Sequence record: NC_061441.1
Reading direction: 5' to 3' (one strand)
Length of the DNA: 64,000 nt
Part shown: in pieces, positions 1 to 9,390 of the stretch
Layout: the number at the start of each line of letters is the position of its first letter
Position numbering within the stretch: the stretch's first letter is position 1
Position numbers and translations under genes: made by a program
The notes under the pieces: generated by a model
Database searches by the model: none
The model's input: the letters and a program-made list of their open reading frames with translations, nothing else
What the model was told of the DNA's origin: nothing

Positions 1-415
1 CTGCGAAGATATCAGCAAAGATATTGCCGAACAGGTCCTGGAACGAACGTCCACCGCCCATAATGTCGTCTTTTGTGAAACGAACAGGCTGTCCAAGCGC
101 ATTCTGCTTATTGCAGTGCGTGGATTCCACTTCGTTTTGAGTACGTCCACCAGCACGGAAGTTCTCATCAGGGCGTGACGCTTTACCCTCTGCGCCTGGT
201 TTAGTGTTGCCGTTGCGCAGATCTGCATCGCCTTCAACAGCCTTATCTGGGTCGAACATGTCGTCCGCTGTCTCGCTTTGGTTAGCGTCAAACGGAATCT
301 TGCCCGTCAGCTTATTCGGGTCAGGCCAGCTCTTTGGAATATCAGAAGCAGGTTGCGCTTTGTTCGTCATATCGCCGTTAGCTTCGCTATTCAGGCTGAT
401 CATAATACGTGCCAT
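1..415 (-). CDS. Hypothetical protein, partial (runs off window start); MARIMISLNSE...
   Basis: ATG at 415 (minus) with GGAG RBS overlapping the stop of 425..1531; I translated it open to base 1. Confidence 0.75.
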   Translation of the reverse strand, partial: MARIMISLNSEANGDMTNKAQPASDIPKSWPDPNKLTGKIPFDANQSETADDMFDPDKAVEGDADLRNGNTKPGAEGKASRPDENFRAGGRTQNEVESTHCNKQNALGQPVRFTKDDIMGGGRSFQDLFGNIFADIFA

Positions 416-424
416 TCGAATCTC

Positions 425-1531
425 CTATCGGATTTTATAGCCTTTGAAAATGTTGTACGCAACTTCTTTGCGCTGTACAGGACGAGTGGTACACACCCAT
501 TCCCACTGATCGTTCTTGGCCGTGCGTTTCTTCGGTGCTTCCATTACTTTCAGCACGTAGTTTTTGAAAGGCACAACAAGAATGTCCTCCGGTTCCAGAG
601 GGCCACAACGTGCAGGCAGAACGACTGTGAGGTTGCCGACAGTCAGTTCCTGATCGTAGTTCAACACGTTGGCCTCTTCGCTGAGGTTACCTTTAACCGC
701 AGGCACACCTAAATCGAAGATGATTGTGGCGTGTGTGAAAGCCTCAACGCCTTTGACGCGCACAATCACATGCTTACCCCGCCACGGCTCCAGATTAGCA
801 GCAGTCAGCTCCTGTTCTACACCGTTAACAACCAGTACAGGGCGTGGGAATGCAGGCAGCAACTGTTCATTCAATCGTACCGAATAAGTCGCCTGCGTAA
901 AGTATTTTGGAATAAGCTGATCGAAATCAACGTGTCCGTCTTTACGTACCTGCCTGAATGTCGCAGGGCTGGTGGATTGATCGAGCGTATACGCCGTCAG
1001 TGTTTTGGCGTGATGGTGCGTCATGACGTTGTAGATAAAGCCTGTGCTGATAAAGCCAGGCACAATGCCCTGACGGAAGCAGATGCCGCAGTTCGCAACG
1101 TTACCTGCGTCCCATCCGTTCGACACTTCCTCGTCGCCGTTGCCCATGAGATCGGCAGCGCCCATTACAGCGTTCATGCCGTCGTCGATATCATCAAGGC
1201 TTACTGTTTGGCGTCCACCACCAAACATACCTTTCGATACTGGTGCGATCTTAACGTTCGCGTCCATTACAGATGATTCGCGGCCAATCGACTTCATGCC
1301 GCCCACCTGTTCGTCGAAGATATCGTTGTCCACTTTGTTGCAGCTACAGGTTAGACCCATCTTCGCTTTCTTGAAGATGACGATATCGGTCGCATCAACC
1401 TGTAACGCCTGTTCAACTTTCGACTGCACAACCTTCTGCACCGAGTCGAGGCGTTGCTGGACGCGTTCGGTTTCGTAGGTCTTATGGCGGTCGTAAGCAG
1501 TTCGCGGTCTTCCGCGTTCAATCCAGCTCAT
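425..1531 (-). CDS. Hypothetical protein, possible head-completion/neck virion protein
   Basis: 368 aa, RBS GAGGAG; CSC and CxxC-x-x-G motifs; beta-rich C-terminus. The structural role is a weak inference. Confidence 0.4.
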   Translation of the reverse strand: MSWIERGRPRTAYDRHKTYETERVQQRLDSVQKVVQSKVEQALQVDATDIVIFKKAKMGLTCSCNKVDNDIFDEQVGGMKSIGRESSVMDANVKIAPVSKGMFGGGRQTVSLDDIDDGMNAVMGAADLMGNGDEEVSNGWDAGNVANCGICFRQGIVPGFISTGFIYNVMTHHHAKTLTAYTLDQSTSPATFRQVRKDGHVDFDQLIPKYFTQATYSVRLNEQLLPAFPRPVLVVNGVEQELTAANLEPWRGKHVIVRVKGVEAFTHATIIFDLGVPAVKGNLSEEANVLNYDQELTVGNLTVVLPARCGPLEPEDILVVPFKNYVLKVMEAPKKRTAKNDQWEWVCTTRPVQRKEVAYNIFKGYKIR

Positions 1532-1629
1532 AATCGTTCTCCTCTGTGTGGCTTAAATTAGTGTACAAAATTTAGGACCTTGCCCCTAGTAAATACTTAT
1601 TTAGAGTACGTTAAAACACGGAGCCTTTT

Positions 1630-2178
1630 ATGCGTATTCTTTCAGGCGACCCGGGCAAAGTGAACTTCGCGTTGGCTGTTCAGGAATTTAAGGACAAACG
1701 CATTACAGTGCTCGGTACGCGGATGTTTCAACATCCTATCCAGAATCTGCACCACGACATGCGACAGCCCACCAAGGAGTTTTTGGCAGAGCTGGAACTG
1801 ATGTGGAAGCTATACGGACCATTCGATGCTATGTGCTTCGAACGCTTTCAGTCGCGTGGTCTAGGTGGTAACACGATTGAGGCTATCAGTCTCATGCTTG
1901 GTGTTATCTCGTTCTTCGCCCTCAAAAAGAAATGCCCACTCGATTTGATTACGGCTAGCCAGTGGAAGAACGCATTCAACCGCACAATGGACCTCAAAGG
2001 TTATTACGCACACTATAACCTGACGTCCAAAAAGAGTCGCAAAGCGATTCACGAATTTGATGCCAGCCTTATCGGCGTCTACACCTTCTATCGTCACTCA
2101 GGAATCAAACCGTTCGCCGGTTTCAACCGCGTTGTCGATGTGTACGTACCACGATTCCTGGGCGCACCTGTGTTGTGA
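1630..2178 (+). CDS. RuvC-like Holliday junction resolvase
   Basis: N-terminal ILSGDPG, central FERFQ and C-terminal HEFDA give the RNase H-fold D/E/D triad; 182 aa. Confidence 0.8.
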   Translation: MRILSGDPGKVNFALAVQEFKDKRITVLGTRMFQHPIQNLHHDMRQPTKEFLAELELMWKLYGPFDAMCFERFQSRGLGGNTIEAISLMLGVISFFALKKKCPLDLITASQWKNAFNRTMDLKGYYAHYNLTSKKSRKAIHEFDASLIGVYTFYRHSGIKPFAGFNRVVDVYVPRFLGAPVL

Positions 2179-2184
2179 GGACAT

Positions 2185-2550
2185 ATGGAACAAATTGAAC
2201 TGTTACGCGTAGTGAAAGAGATCCTCAGCGAATACGGCAAAGTTGAGTTTCTGGCGCAAGGTCATGTTGGTGTGAACACCGAGCACCGTGCAACCTATGA
2301 AACGTTAATCACTGTGACCTCTGATAGCGACACAACTTTCCCTGAAGCAGATTTCGGCGCTAAGATTGCGGCGCAGATTGACGAGTATCGTGTGGTTGGA
2401 TTCAAGCGCACCTACAACGAGCAGACCCGAGAGTTTGTGCTGCAACTGACCGACCCAATATTCACCTACCGTGACCCATTGGTGTGTCCAGCAAACGGCA
2501 AAACTCTGTACTCGGTTTCCGTAGGTTTCCCGTTCGTGTCCACCAATTAA
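2185..2550 (+). CDS. Hypothetical protein
   Basis: 121 aa ORF, GAGGA RBS. Confidence 0.75.
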   Translation: MEQIELLRVVKEILSEYGKVEFLAQGHVGVNTEHRATYETLITVTSDSDTTFPEADFGAKIAAQIDEYRVVGFKRTYNEQTREFVLQLTDPIFTYRDPLVCPANGKTLYSVSVGFPFVSTN

Positions 2551-2560
2551 TCTGTAAATA
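2549..2560 (+). promoter_or_regulatory. AATCTGTAAATA motif (candidate phage-sigma promoter)
   Basis: Exact 12-mer also at 7088(-), 13982 and 20233; here upstream of the ATG at 2597. Confidence 0.6.
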
Positions 2561-2596
2561 TCCTTACTTGGTTAACGCGCGTGTGGGATATTGAAA

Positions 2597-3280
2597 ATGG
2601 CGAAGTTGAAGAAAGAACGATCGGTCAAAGTCAGTGCTAAAAAGACTGTTGCCGTAAAAACAAAGAAAGCAAAAGCTAAGGCTATTCCTGTTCGTGTCGT
2701 TCAGGACACACGGCCTATTATCAATTGCCCTGAGATGGAAGAGAAGCCTCAACCATTTCGTTTTCGTGGTCAGTGCCCGATAGTGACCTGTCAGTATTGC
2801 ACACGCGAAACTCCGACAGGCTGCATGGCGCTTGACCGCAAAGAATCGGCCGACCGTTCAATCTCTAACAAGGAGATCGCTTATTATAAACGTGGCCTCT
2901 TTCCTGAACTTAAAGACATGGATCAGAAGCAACTGGACAGTACGATTCGACGCGCACAAAATCGTACCCGCAATGCTATCTGCCTTACTATGTTTATTGC
3001 CGGGATTGATGATTCTGATTGCGATAGGTCTTTTCAATATGTAGAAGGCCGCAGTCGTCTGGTCGATCAGGTACATAACTATCTGGTCCAAACGTTCAAT
3101 GATTACCGTCCGTGGATGCTCGCATACCTCGACGACGAAAAACGATTCGGCGACATGGTGGGTAAAATAACCAATTCCGACTTTAATTTAAAAGACGCAT
3201 TGCGTTTGACTCCTCGCAAGTATCAAATGTTCTGCCAGTCGCTACAAAATCTTAAACAATCTGGAGACTCTCATGAGTAA
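2597..3280 (+). CDS. Hypothetical protein, Lys-rich N-terminus and Cys cluster
   Basis: ORF track 2591..3280; ATG at 2597; CPIVTCQYC...C possible Zn site. Confidence 0.75.
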   Translation: MAKLKKERSVKVSAKKTVAVKTKKAKAKAIPVRVVQDTRPIINCPEMEEKPQPFRFRGQCPIVTCQYCTRETPTGCMALDRKESADRSISNKEIAYYKRGLFPELKDMDQKQLDSTIRRAQNRTRNAICLTMFIAGIDDSDCDRSFQYVEGRSRLVDQVHNYLVQTFNDYRPWMLAYLDDEKRFGDMVGKITNSDFNLKDALRLTPRKYQMFCQSLQNLKQSGDSHE

Positions 3281-5045
3281 CTTTATCTCCCTCGATCAGT
3301 ATCGCGCGATCATTCGTCGCAACGTCCTGAAAGAGCCTCAGATGCTGGTGGTCAATCAGACGCAGCCACTGGGTCAAATCTTTTTCCAATGCCCCGGCGA
3401 TAACTTCCAGATGAAGGATATCATTGTCCCGCCATCTCGTAACGCTATCGACCTGACGCAGCAAGCACCGCTGGAAAATCTGCTGGCCTGTAGCCAACTG
3501 AAAGCGCTGCTGCAAACGCAACGTCTGGTGTTGTTGAACCCAGAAGAAATGCCAAACCCCGGTGAAGGCATTCAGATGCCTCAGCTTTCTGTTCCACCAG
3601 TTGCTGGTGCCGTGTCGGTTGACGGCGTAACTATTCCTAACGCTACCGTGATTGTCGAGCAAAATGGTAACGTCTGGACTGGTACTTCAAACGGCAGCGG
3701 TGTGTTCACTGTTGACGTATCTGGCCTGCAGGAAGGTGTGTTCTCAATCACCATTACTGCTGATGGTTTCGTGCCTGCTCGTTACAACTTCAATGCTGGT
3801 GCGCAACCTCTGCAACCAATGCCTGCTCCTACAGTACACGCTGTCTTTAAAGAGACAACTGTATCGGGAACCACGGTTGCGAATGCTAATATCATCGTAT
3901 CGGTGCAGAGCAAAGAGTTTACAGGTCAGGCTGATGATCAGGGTGCGTTTAGCATTAACGTTGACCCACTGCCGTTTGACATTATTCACCTGACGATCAC
4001 TGCTGCTGGTTATCTGGATAACGTTGTCAATCACATGGTTGACTCTGTTCCTGGTCTGGCTCAGATTAACAGCGCACCGTTCCTGTCTACTGCGCTGGCA
4101 GGTAAGGCAAGTCCAGAAGCTGAAATCGAAATCATCATCACCGGCCAGTCCAATCAGTTCGTTACTGCTGCTGCAAACGGCGACTGGACTGCTGTTGTTG
4201 GTGCTGTTAAAGGTGAAGTCTCTATTCGTGTGCTTGAGAAAGACGGCTACGACGAAGCGACTGCTACCATGCAGCCTACCAAACTGCCTGCTCCTGTACT
4301 GGCTGTCGATAACGCTGATAGCATCGGCGAGAATCAAACTGTCTTCGGTGGACCTATCACTGGTCTGAGTGCAGAAGCGAATGACGTAGCGGTAACGCTG
4401 ACTGTTCAGGCTGGTCTGTACGAAGGTACTGTTGACCTGCAATCAAGCCACTGGTCTGTGACTGGTGTTGATGCAAAAGCGGGTGTGGGTTCTGTAGGTG
4501 TTGTGAATCTGACGTCGGCCTTCTATGAAGATGCCTCAACGTCGTTCAACATTCTGGAAGAGTTCGCGCAGCCTACTCTGCAACAAGCGCAAGATGGGCA
4601 GACTGCGGTAGTTGGTGATACTGTGGCTAGCGCTACAGTTAAGATCACAATGAACGGCGAAACCAAAACTGCGTCTTCAAACCCGCAGGGTGCGTTCTCT
4701 GTTGATGGATTTACTAACGTTGTGCCTGGCCAGATTCGTATCGAACTGTCACGCAACGGTTACCTGCCTGCGGACTTCAATGTCGCTCTGGCAGTGCAGG
4801 CTCTCGGCCAGCTTGATGCAAATCTGGCTGTCGGTGAAGACACAGTTGCTGGACAAGCGACTCCTGGTTCTACTGTCACCTTGACGCAGGGTAGCGTTGT
4901 TGGTGATGCTGTGGCTGACGCGTCAACGGGTGACTTCATCATCACTCTGTCTGGACCGCTGGTAGAAGGTACACCAGTAGAGTTGAAAGTACAACACGCG
5001 GGCTATGTTGATTACGTTGAAACGTTAACTGTTTCTGCACCTTAA
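3273..5045 (+). CDS. Ig-like/carboxypeptidase-regulatory-like repeat protein, probable virion decoration protein
   Basis: About six ~80-aa beta-rich repeats (V-x-G-x-T...A-T-V...G-x-F...GY) after a ~90-aa N-terminal module. Confidence 0.7.
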   Translation: MSNFISLDQYRAIIRRNVLKEPQMLVVNQTQPLGQIFFQCPGDNFQMKDIIVPPSRNAIDLTQQAPLENLLACSQLKALLQTQRLVLLNPEEMPNPGEGIQMPQLSVPPVAGAVSVDGVTIPNATVIVEQNGNVWTGTSNGSGVFTVDVSGLQEGVFSITITADGFVPARYNFNAGAQPLQPMPAPTVHAVFKETTVSGTTVANANIIVSVQSKEFTGQADDQGAFSINVDPLPFDIIHLTITAAGYLDNVVNHMVDSVPGLAQINSAPFLSTALAGKASPEAEIEIIITGQSNQFVTAAANGDWTAVVGAVKGEVSIRVLEKDGYDEATATMQPTKLPAPVLAVDNADSIGENQTVFGGPITGLSAEANDVAVTLTVQAGLYEGTVDLQSSHWSVTGVDAKAGVGSVGVVNLTSAFYEDASTSFNILEEFAQPTLQQAQDGQTAVVGDTVASATVKITMNGETKTASSNPQGAFSVDGFTNVVPGQIRIELSRNGYLPADFNVALAVQALGQLDANLAVGEDTVAGQATPGSTVTLTQGSVVGDAVADASTGDFIITLSGPLVEGTPVELKVQHAGYVDYVETLTVSAP

Positions 5046-5054
5046 TCTTACCTG

Positions 5055-5070
5055 AGGGGCTTCGGCCCCT
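5055..5070 (+). terminator. Hairpin AGGGGC-TTCG-GCCCCT (weak U-tract)
   Basis: Perfect 6-bp stem with UUCG loop just after the stop at 5045. Confidence 0.55.
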
Positions 5071-5097
5071 TAATGAAATGCAATTCGGAGATTTACC

Positions 5098-5751
5098 ATG
5101 TCAGATAAAGCAAGCACCAAAGTACAACCCATTACGCTCACCACTTACAACGAGCGTTACGGCCAGAACCCTGTCGCACCTATGTACGTTGCTAACCGTA
5201 CCGAGCCTCGCGGCAACGTAATGTTCAGCGCACAGGACGACATGGGACAGCCTGTTCCAGTTCTCGTACCTGCTACCTTCATCCCGATCGACCTGACTCA
5301 GCAAGCTACCAAAGAGAGCCTGTTGAAATCTACGCACCTGCGCCGCGCACTGCAACGAAACCAGCTGGTCATCATCGACACTGAAAGCGCTGAAAACTAT
5401 CTGCGTACCAGTTCTCTGGCTAAAGCGGAAATGCGTAACCTGAACAAAATGGGTAGCGCAATCGCTGCTGATCTGGGCGAAGAAGGCGGTGAGCTGGCTG
5501 CTATCGATCTGGGCGGCGCGTCTAAACGTAACGTGCAGTTTGAAGGCGGTACTCAGTATTCTGAAAACCAGTTTGTTAACGCATTCATCGTTCGTGCTGC
5601 CGAAGACAGCGAAGAATCTGACGACAACCTGCAACGTGAATTCCTGTCTCGCGGTATCAACCTGCCAGTCTCTGAGCTGAACATTCTGCGTGAGCACATC
5701 ACTCGCCCAGCAATCGTTGAGCTGATCATGCAGGCTCTGGAAGACGCGTAA
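5098..5751 (+). CDS. Hypothetical protein sharing its N-terminal module with 3273..5045
   Basis: 217 aa; IDLTQQA block shared with the upstream gene. Confidence 0.8.
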   Translation: MSDKASTKVQPITLTTYNERYGQNPVAPMYVANRTEPRGNVMFSAQDDMGQPVPVLVPATFIPIDLTQQATKESLLKSTHLRRALQRNQLVIIDTESAENYLRTSSLAKAEMRNLNKMGSAIAADLGEEGGELAAIDLGGASKRNVQFEGGTQYSENQFVNAFIVRAAEDSEESDDNLQREFLSRGINLPVSELNILREHITRPAIVELIMQALEDA

Positions 5752-5767
5752 TTTTAGTGCTACAGAC

Positions 5768-5808
5768 AAAAAAAAATGGGAGGCCCCGAAAGGAGTCTCC
5801 CATTTTTG
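5768..5808. terminator. Bidirectional intrinsic terminator
   Basis: A-run + ATGGGAGGC..GAAA..GTCTCCCAT + T-run between convergent genes. Confidence 0.85.
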
Positions 5809-5988
5809 TTACTGCTGCTTTTCCGCTTGCTGTCTTAAACGATCAAGGAATGCCGAACTTTCACCTGGCTTAATGTGTCTCGGTTCAACTTTGATGCGAT
5901 TGATCATACGCTGCATACGACGAATGCTTCGGCTACGCAGGTCTTCAATCGAGTGCTGCTTAAACTGCTTTCTGAATTTCAGAGCCAT
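5809..5988 (-). CDS. Small basic protein, 59 aa (MALKFRKQFKQHS...EKQQ), absent from the ORF track
   Basis: ATG two bases after the primase stop, AAGGA RBS, TAA at 5809-5811 just before the terminator. Confidence 0.7.
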   Translation of the reverse strand: MALKFRKQFKQHSIEDLRSRSIRRMQRMINRIKVEPRHIKPGESSAFLDRLRQQAEKQQ

Positions 5989-5989
5989 C

Positions 5990-7048
5990 TTACTTTCCTT
6001 TCTGTGTTATCGCTTTAGGTCTATTCCAGCCTAACGCTTTTGCTGGCATGATACACTTCTTACCGTGTATGTCTTTCAGCGTCATGCGAACTTCTTTGAT
6101 CAAGTTCATCGGTGCATTGTCTGGGTCGAGCTTAATCAGCTTACCATCTTCATCATACTCACGCGGTAGCTTGAAGTGTTTGACAGGTACTGGAGAGTTC
6201 TTTTCAAACTCCGCCTTTATTTTATTGCGCAGTAGCTTCCCGCCACCATCGTTATCAGTCATCGTGTAGACAACACTCACGCCTAACATCTCAAGCGTTC
6301 TGCGTTTCGTTTCCCCGAACTGCTCTGCACCGAGTACAGCCAACGCAGGAATCCCATATGACAACAACGCCAGAGCATCACGAGGACCTTCGACGAGAAC
6401 AACATAGCGCAACTTGTATTTCTTCAAACACTCTTTAACTAACGGCAGAGGGAACAGGCCTTTCTCTTTCGCCCAATCACCATTCGAGTTCACATAGCTT
6501 GTGCCGTTCATCTGTTTGCGCAGATACGCAGCGATACCACCTATGTATTTCGTACCGTGCTTACATGGAAAGAAGCAGACGTTACTGCCTGTACGTTGCG
6601 CGTTAAGCAAACCCCCAGCAGCCTGAACGAGCGCTCCTGGATATCCACGCCATTCAACATCGAGAGGCCATTCCATGTAGCTGTTACGTCCGAGTGCTTT
6701 CATCAATAAACCGACAGAAGCATACGTGCCAATCTTATTGCCTATCTGCTCATACGTTTTGAACAACGCACTTAGGCTGTTTGTGTTAGCGTCTTTCAGC
6801 GCCCAGCCTTTGATCTCTTGCAGCTTCGCGTGTGCTGCTAACTTGTTCCAGCCACCCTTCTCACCGCAACCGAAGCAGTGAAAGAATCCTAAAGGAATCT
6901 CCATCCCAACAGAAGTGTAAATACCACAACTAGGCGTCTTATCACTATGAAACGGACAGCACACCATAACAGTGTCACCGTTATATTTCTTGTCGCCTGG
7001 CAATTTGCCAATCTCGTCAAGTATTATCTGATGAACGTCTTCTGCCAT
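5990..7048 (-). CDS. DNA primase (DnaG type)
   Basis: CHC2 zinc finger CCPFHSDKTPSC...HCFGC; TOPRIM VVLVEGPRDAL and TDNDGGG. Confidence 0.92.
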   Translation of the reverse strand: MAEDVHQIILDEIGKLPGDKKYNGDTVMVCCPFHSDKTPSCGIYTSVGMEIPLGFFHCFGCGEKGGWNKLAAHAKLQEIKGWALKDANTNSLSALFKTYEQIGNKIGTYASVGLLMKALGRNSYMEWPLDVEWRGYPGALVQAAGGLLNAQRTGSNVCFFPCKHGTKYIGGIAAYLRKQMNGTSYVNSNGDWAKEKGLFPLPLVKECLKKYKLRYVVLVEGPRDALALLSYGIPALAVLGAEQFGETKRRTLEMLGVSVVYTMTDNDGGGKLLRNKIKAEFEKNSPVPVKHFKLPREYDEDGKLIKLDPDNAPMNLIKEVRMTLKDIHGKKCIMPAKALGWNRPKAITQKGK

Positions 7049-7087
7049 ACCATCCTCTATTCGTATCGTAATTTCAGCATATACGCA

Positions 7088-7099
7088 TATTTACAGATT
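7088..7099 (-). promoter_or_regulatory. AATCTGTAAATA motif on the minus strand, upstream of primase
   Basis: Reverse complement of tatttacagatt; oriented with the primase gene, 40 nt upstream. Confidence 0.6.
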
Positions 7100-7112
7100 A
7101 AGGACAGCCAGA

Positions 7113-7448
7113 ATGGGTAATCCACATCGCTATGTGCATACGGCACAGCGCCGCTTCTATGGCAAACACTGGGTTAGCTTTTGTGATCTGATTCGTGTTG
7201 AACCGCAAAAGTACGGCGCATTCAATAGTCAGGATGATATGATCGGTCTGACGCTGCCGAAAGATTTTGATGTGGCCGAGGCAACAAAGAGCCTGCGCCA
7301 GATTTATGTGACGACTGACGAGAACGTAGAAGTACGCTGCTACCTGTTTGGTACTCGCTACTATAAGTTCGTATTCTTCGAGCAAACAATTGCCGTGAGC
7401 GAGGACACTGATGAGAACGTTAGCAAATATACCCGCCCGAGTGAATGA
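7113..7448 (+). CDS. Hypothetical protein
   Basis: 111 aa, AAGGA RBS. Confidence 0.7.
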   Translation: MGNPHRYVHTAQRRFYGKHWVSFCDLIRVEPQKYGAFNSQDDMIGLTLPKDFDVAEATKSLRQIYVTTDENVEVRCYLFGTRYYKFVFFEQTIAVSEDTDENVSKYTRPSE

Positions 7449-8496
7449 TACTCGCGGCCTGTCTCGCATCGGAAAAATGATTGATGCGGCTCTTGACGTA
7501 AAGAACCAAGAGAAGCGTTGGCCGAAGAAGCGCGTCAGTCCGTCCATGTTTCCTATCTGCCCGATTCAAGAAACAGCGAAACTGATTTACCAGAAGCACA
7601 ATAACTGCATGACCGGAGAGTCTGGTACGTTGCTGAACATCTTTGCGAAAGCAGGGACAGGGATGCACGAATCATTGCAGAATGCTCTGGGACACAGTGG
7701 TCAGATGGTTGGTCACTGGAAATGTACGAATGAAAAATGCGTCGAGTACCCGAAAACCAAAGGCAAGACAGTCGATGGTGAGTACGTCAAAGGCAAATAC
7801 ACGCGAACTCGAAGCACGAACAATCGTTGTCCGTCGTGCGATCAGCCTATGGCTTATGCAGAACTCAAAGTCCTGTACAAGTCACTCAAGGGTTACGTCG
7901 ATGGACTGATTGATAATCTGGACGGCACGTACAGTCTGATAGATTTGAAATCGACTATGGTGACCAAAGCTGCTGACGGAACCTTCTTCGTTAAGTATCA
8001 CCGCTTCCAGATCGCGACCTACGCATACCTGCTGAAAAAGCGTTACGGCTATAACATCGTGGACTATACCCTCGTCTACGTGCCACGCGACAACCCGAAG
8101 AAGTTTGTCGAGAAGACCTTTGTGTTTGACGAGGCAGAGTCGAAACGCGCCAAAGACTTTATGATGGAACAAATACGCGCATGGGATGCTGCGGTAAAAT
8201 CGGCTCGCACTGGCGACCTGCTGCCTGCTATTAAACGGAAGCCGTGCAAAAGCGCCGAGTATTATTGGGACGAGTTCCATGGATATGATACATGCCCTTT
8301 TGTTGACTATTGCTTTATTCAATCACACATGATTGACTTCATGAAGAAGTTAGAGCAGCGAATCATGGCCAACCCCGATCTTACTTATATGGAAATCGTA
8401 AGCACAGGTCGGAAAACTCAACAACAAGGTCTGCTGCCGGACAAGAAGCCAAAGTCTCAACGTCCGAAGCATATCGTAAAAACATTTGAGCTATGA
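7411..8496 (+). CDS. Cas4-like PD-(D/E)XK exonuclease (start uncertain: 7441 GTG or 7477 ATG)
   Basis: SPSMFPIC, GTGMHE, GYVDGLID, LIDLKS, QIATY and C-terminal PC...CPFVDYC (split 4Fe-4S-type Cys); extra C...CPSC insert. Confidence 0.8.
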   Translation: MRTLANIPARVNDTRGLSRIGKMIDAALDVKNQEKRWPKKRVSPSMFPICPIQETAKLIYQKHNNCMTGESGTLLNIFAKAGTGMHESLQNALGHSGQMVGHWKCTNEKCVEYPKTKGKTVDGEYVKGKYTRTRSTNNRCPSCDQPMAYAELKVLYKSLKGYVDGLIDNLDGTYSLIDLKSTMVTKAADGTFFVKYHRFQIATYAYLLKKRYGYNIVDYTLVYVPRDNPKKFVEKTFVFDEAESKRAKDFMMEQIRAWDAAVKSARTGDLLPAIKRKPCKSAEYYWDEFHGYDTCPFVDYCFIQSHMIDFMKKLEQRIMANPDLTYMEIVSTGRKTQQQGLLPDKKPKSQRPKHIVKTFEL

Positions 8497-8903
8497 GCAT
8501 ACAAAAAGATTATGAACGTTCAATGCGCCGACTTAAGGAGTCTGTCTATCGCAAAGAAAAACTCGGTTACGTTGCGCCGAGATGCGTTGATGTTGTTCTC
8601 TCAAAAGTGAGACCGCCTGAACAGGTAGCGTCGAGGAAGTATCTGGTCATGCTGATGCTATTCAGTCAGACCTGCGAACAACTCGGTGCTACCTTGACGA
8701 TGCGTGAACAACTCGTGGTCAAGATGGCTATCCTTAGTCGGAAGCACCCAACGCCAGACATTCAGCGCAAAATTCGCAGACTGGATGAACTGGTAATAAG
8801 TCAGGACAAAAACATTGAGGGTCAGCTTTTGTTGCTTGAGTATCGAGCGCAGATTCTGATTGATATCCTCGACGGTAAAGAACCCAACTCCAGATATACT
8901 TGA
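8493..8903 (+). CDS. Hypothetical protein
   Basis: 136 aa, ATGA overlap with the previous stop. Confidence 0.7.
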   Translation: MSIQKDYERSMRRLKESVYRKEKLGYVAPRCVDVVLSKVRPPEQVASRKYLVMLMLFSQTCEQLGATLTMREQLVVKMAILSRKHPTPDIQRKIRRLDELVISQDKNIEGQLLLLEYRAQILIDILDGKEPNSRYT

Positions 8904-8910
8904 GGTACTC

Positions 8911-9390
8911 ATGGAAATTTATGTAAGCCTGAGTCAGGATAGCACGGACAAGAACCGTAGCAAAGTCACAAGCCCAGAATCCACCACTGGTCGTGTTGAC
9001 GTGTCCGAATATGCTTCGCTTGAAAAGAAGCTGCGCCTGACCGAAGAGGCGAAAGACAAAGAGAAGTTAGCTCAAAAGGCTGGTGGCGGTGATTCTGTAA
9101 AGGGTAAGAAAGGCGCTAAAAAAGATAGCGCAAAGCCCAAGGATGACGACACTGATACGGACGAAGACCCTACATTAGATGATGAAGGTGACGCAGATGA
9201 TTCAGATGACGCTTCCGATACAGATGGAGACGACTCCGATGGAGACTCTAAAGGTAAGAAGTCACGAAAGAAACCTGACGACTCTGGAGCAGCGGACGAT
9301 GCGGACGCAGAAGACCCTGACGCAGACGAATCCGAAGGTGATGACGGGGATGCAGATGCTGAAAGCACTGATGACGAGGACATCGAATAG
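8911..9390 (+). CDS. Disordered Lys/Asp-rich protein (MEIYVSLSQD...)
   Basis: GAGG RBS before ATG 8911; poly-acidic C-terminal half. Confidence 0.75.
   Translation: MEIYVSLSQDSTDKNRSKVTSPESTTGRVDVSEYASLEKKLRLTEEAKDKEKLAQKAGGGDSVKGKKGAKKDSAKPKDDDTDTDEDPTLDDEGDADDSDDASDTDGDDSDGDSKGKKSRKKPDDSGAADDADAEDPDADESEGDDGDADAESTDDEDIE

Noticed and set aside
204-887. Plus-strand ORFs 204..440, 278..712 and 669..887
   Set aside because: Antisense shadows of the two minus-strand genes, which have clear RBSs
1630-2178. RuvC domain as TnpB/Cas12-like effector or transposase
   Set aside because: Only 182 aa, with no REC/WED region, zinc finger or IS ends; fits a stand-alone resolvase
7411-8496. Cas4 as evidence for a phage CRISPR-Cas locus
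   Set aside because: No cas1, cas2, effector genes or array in the window
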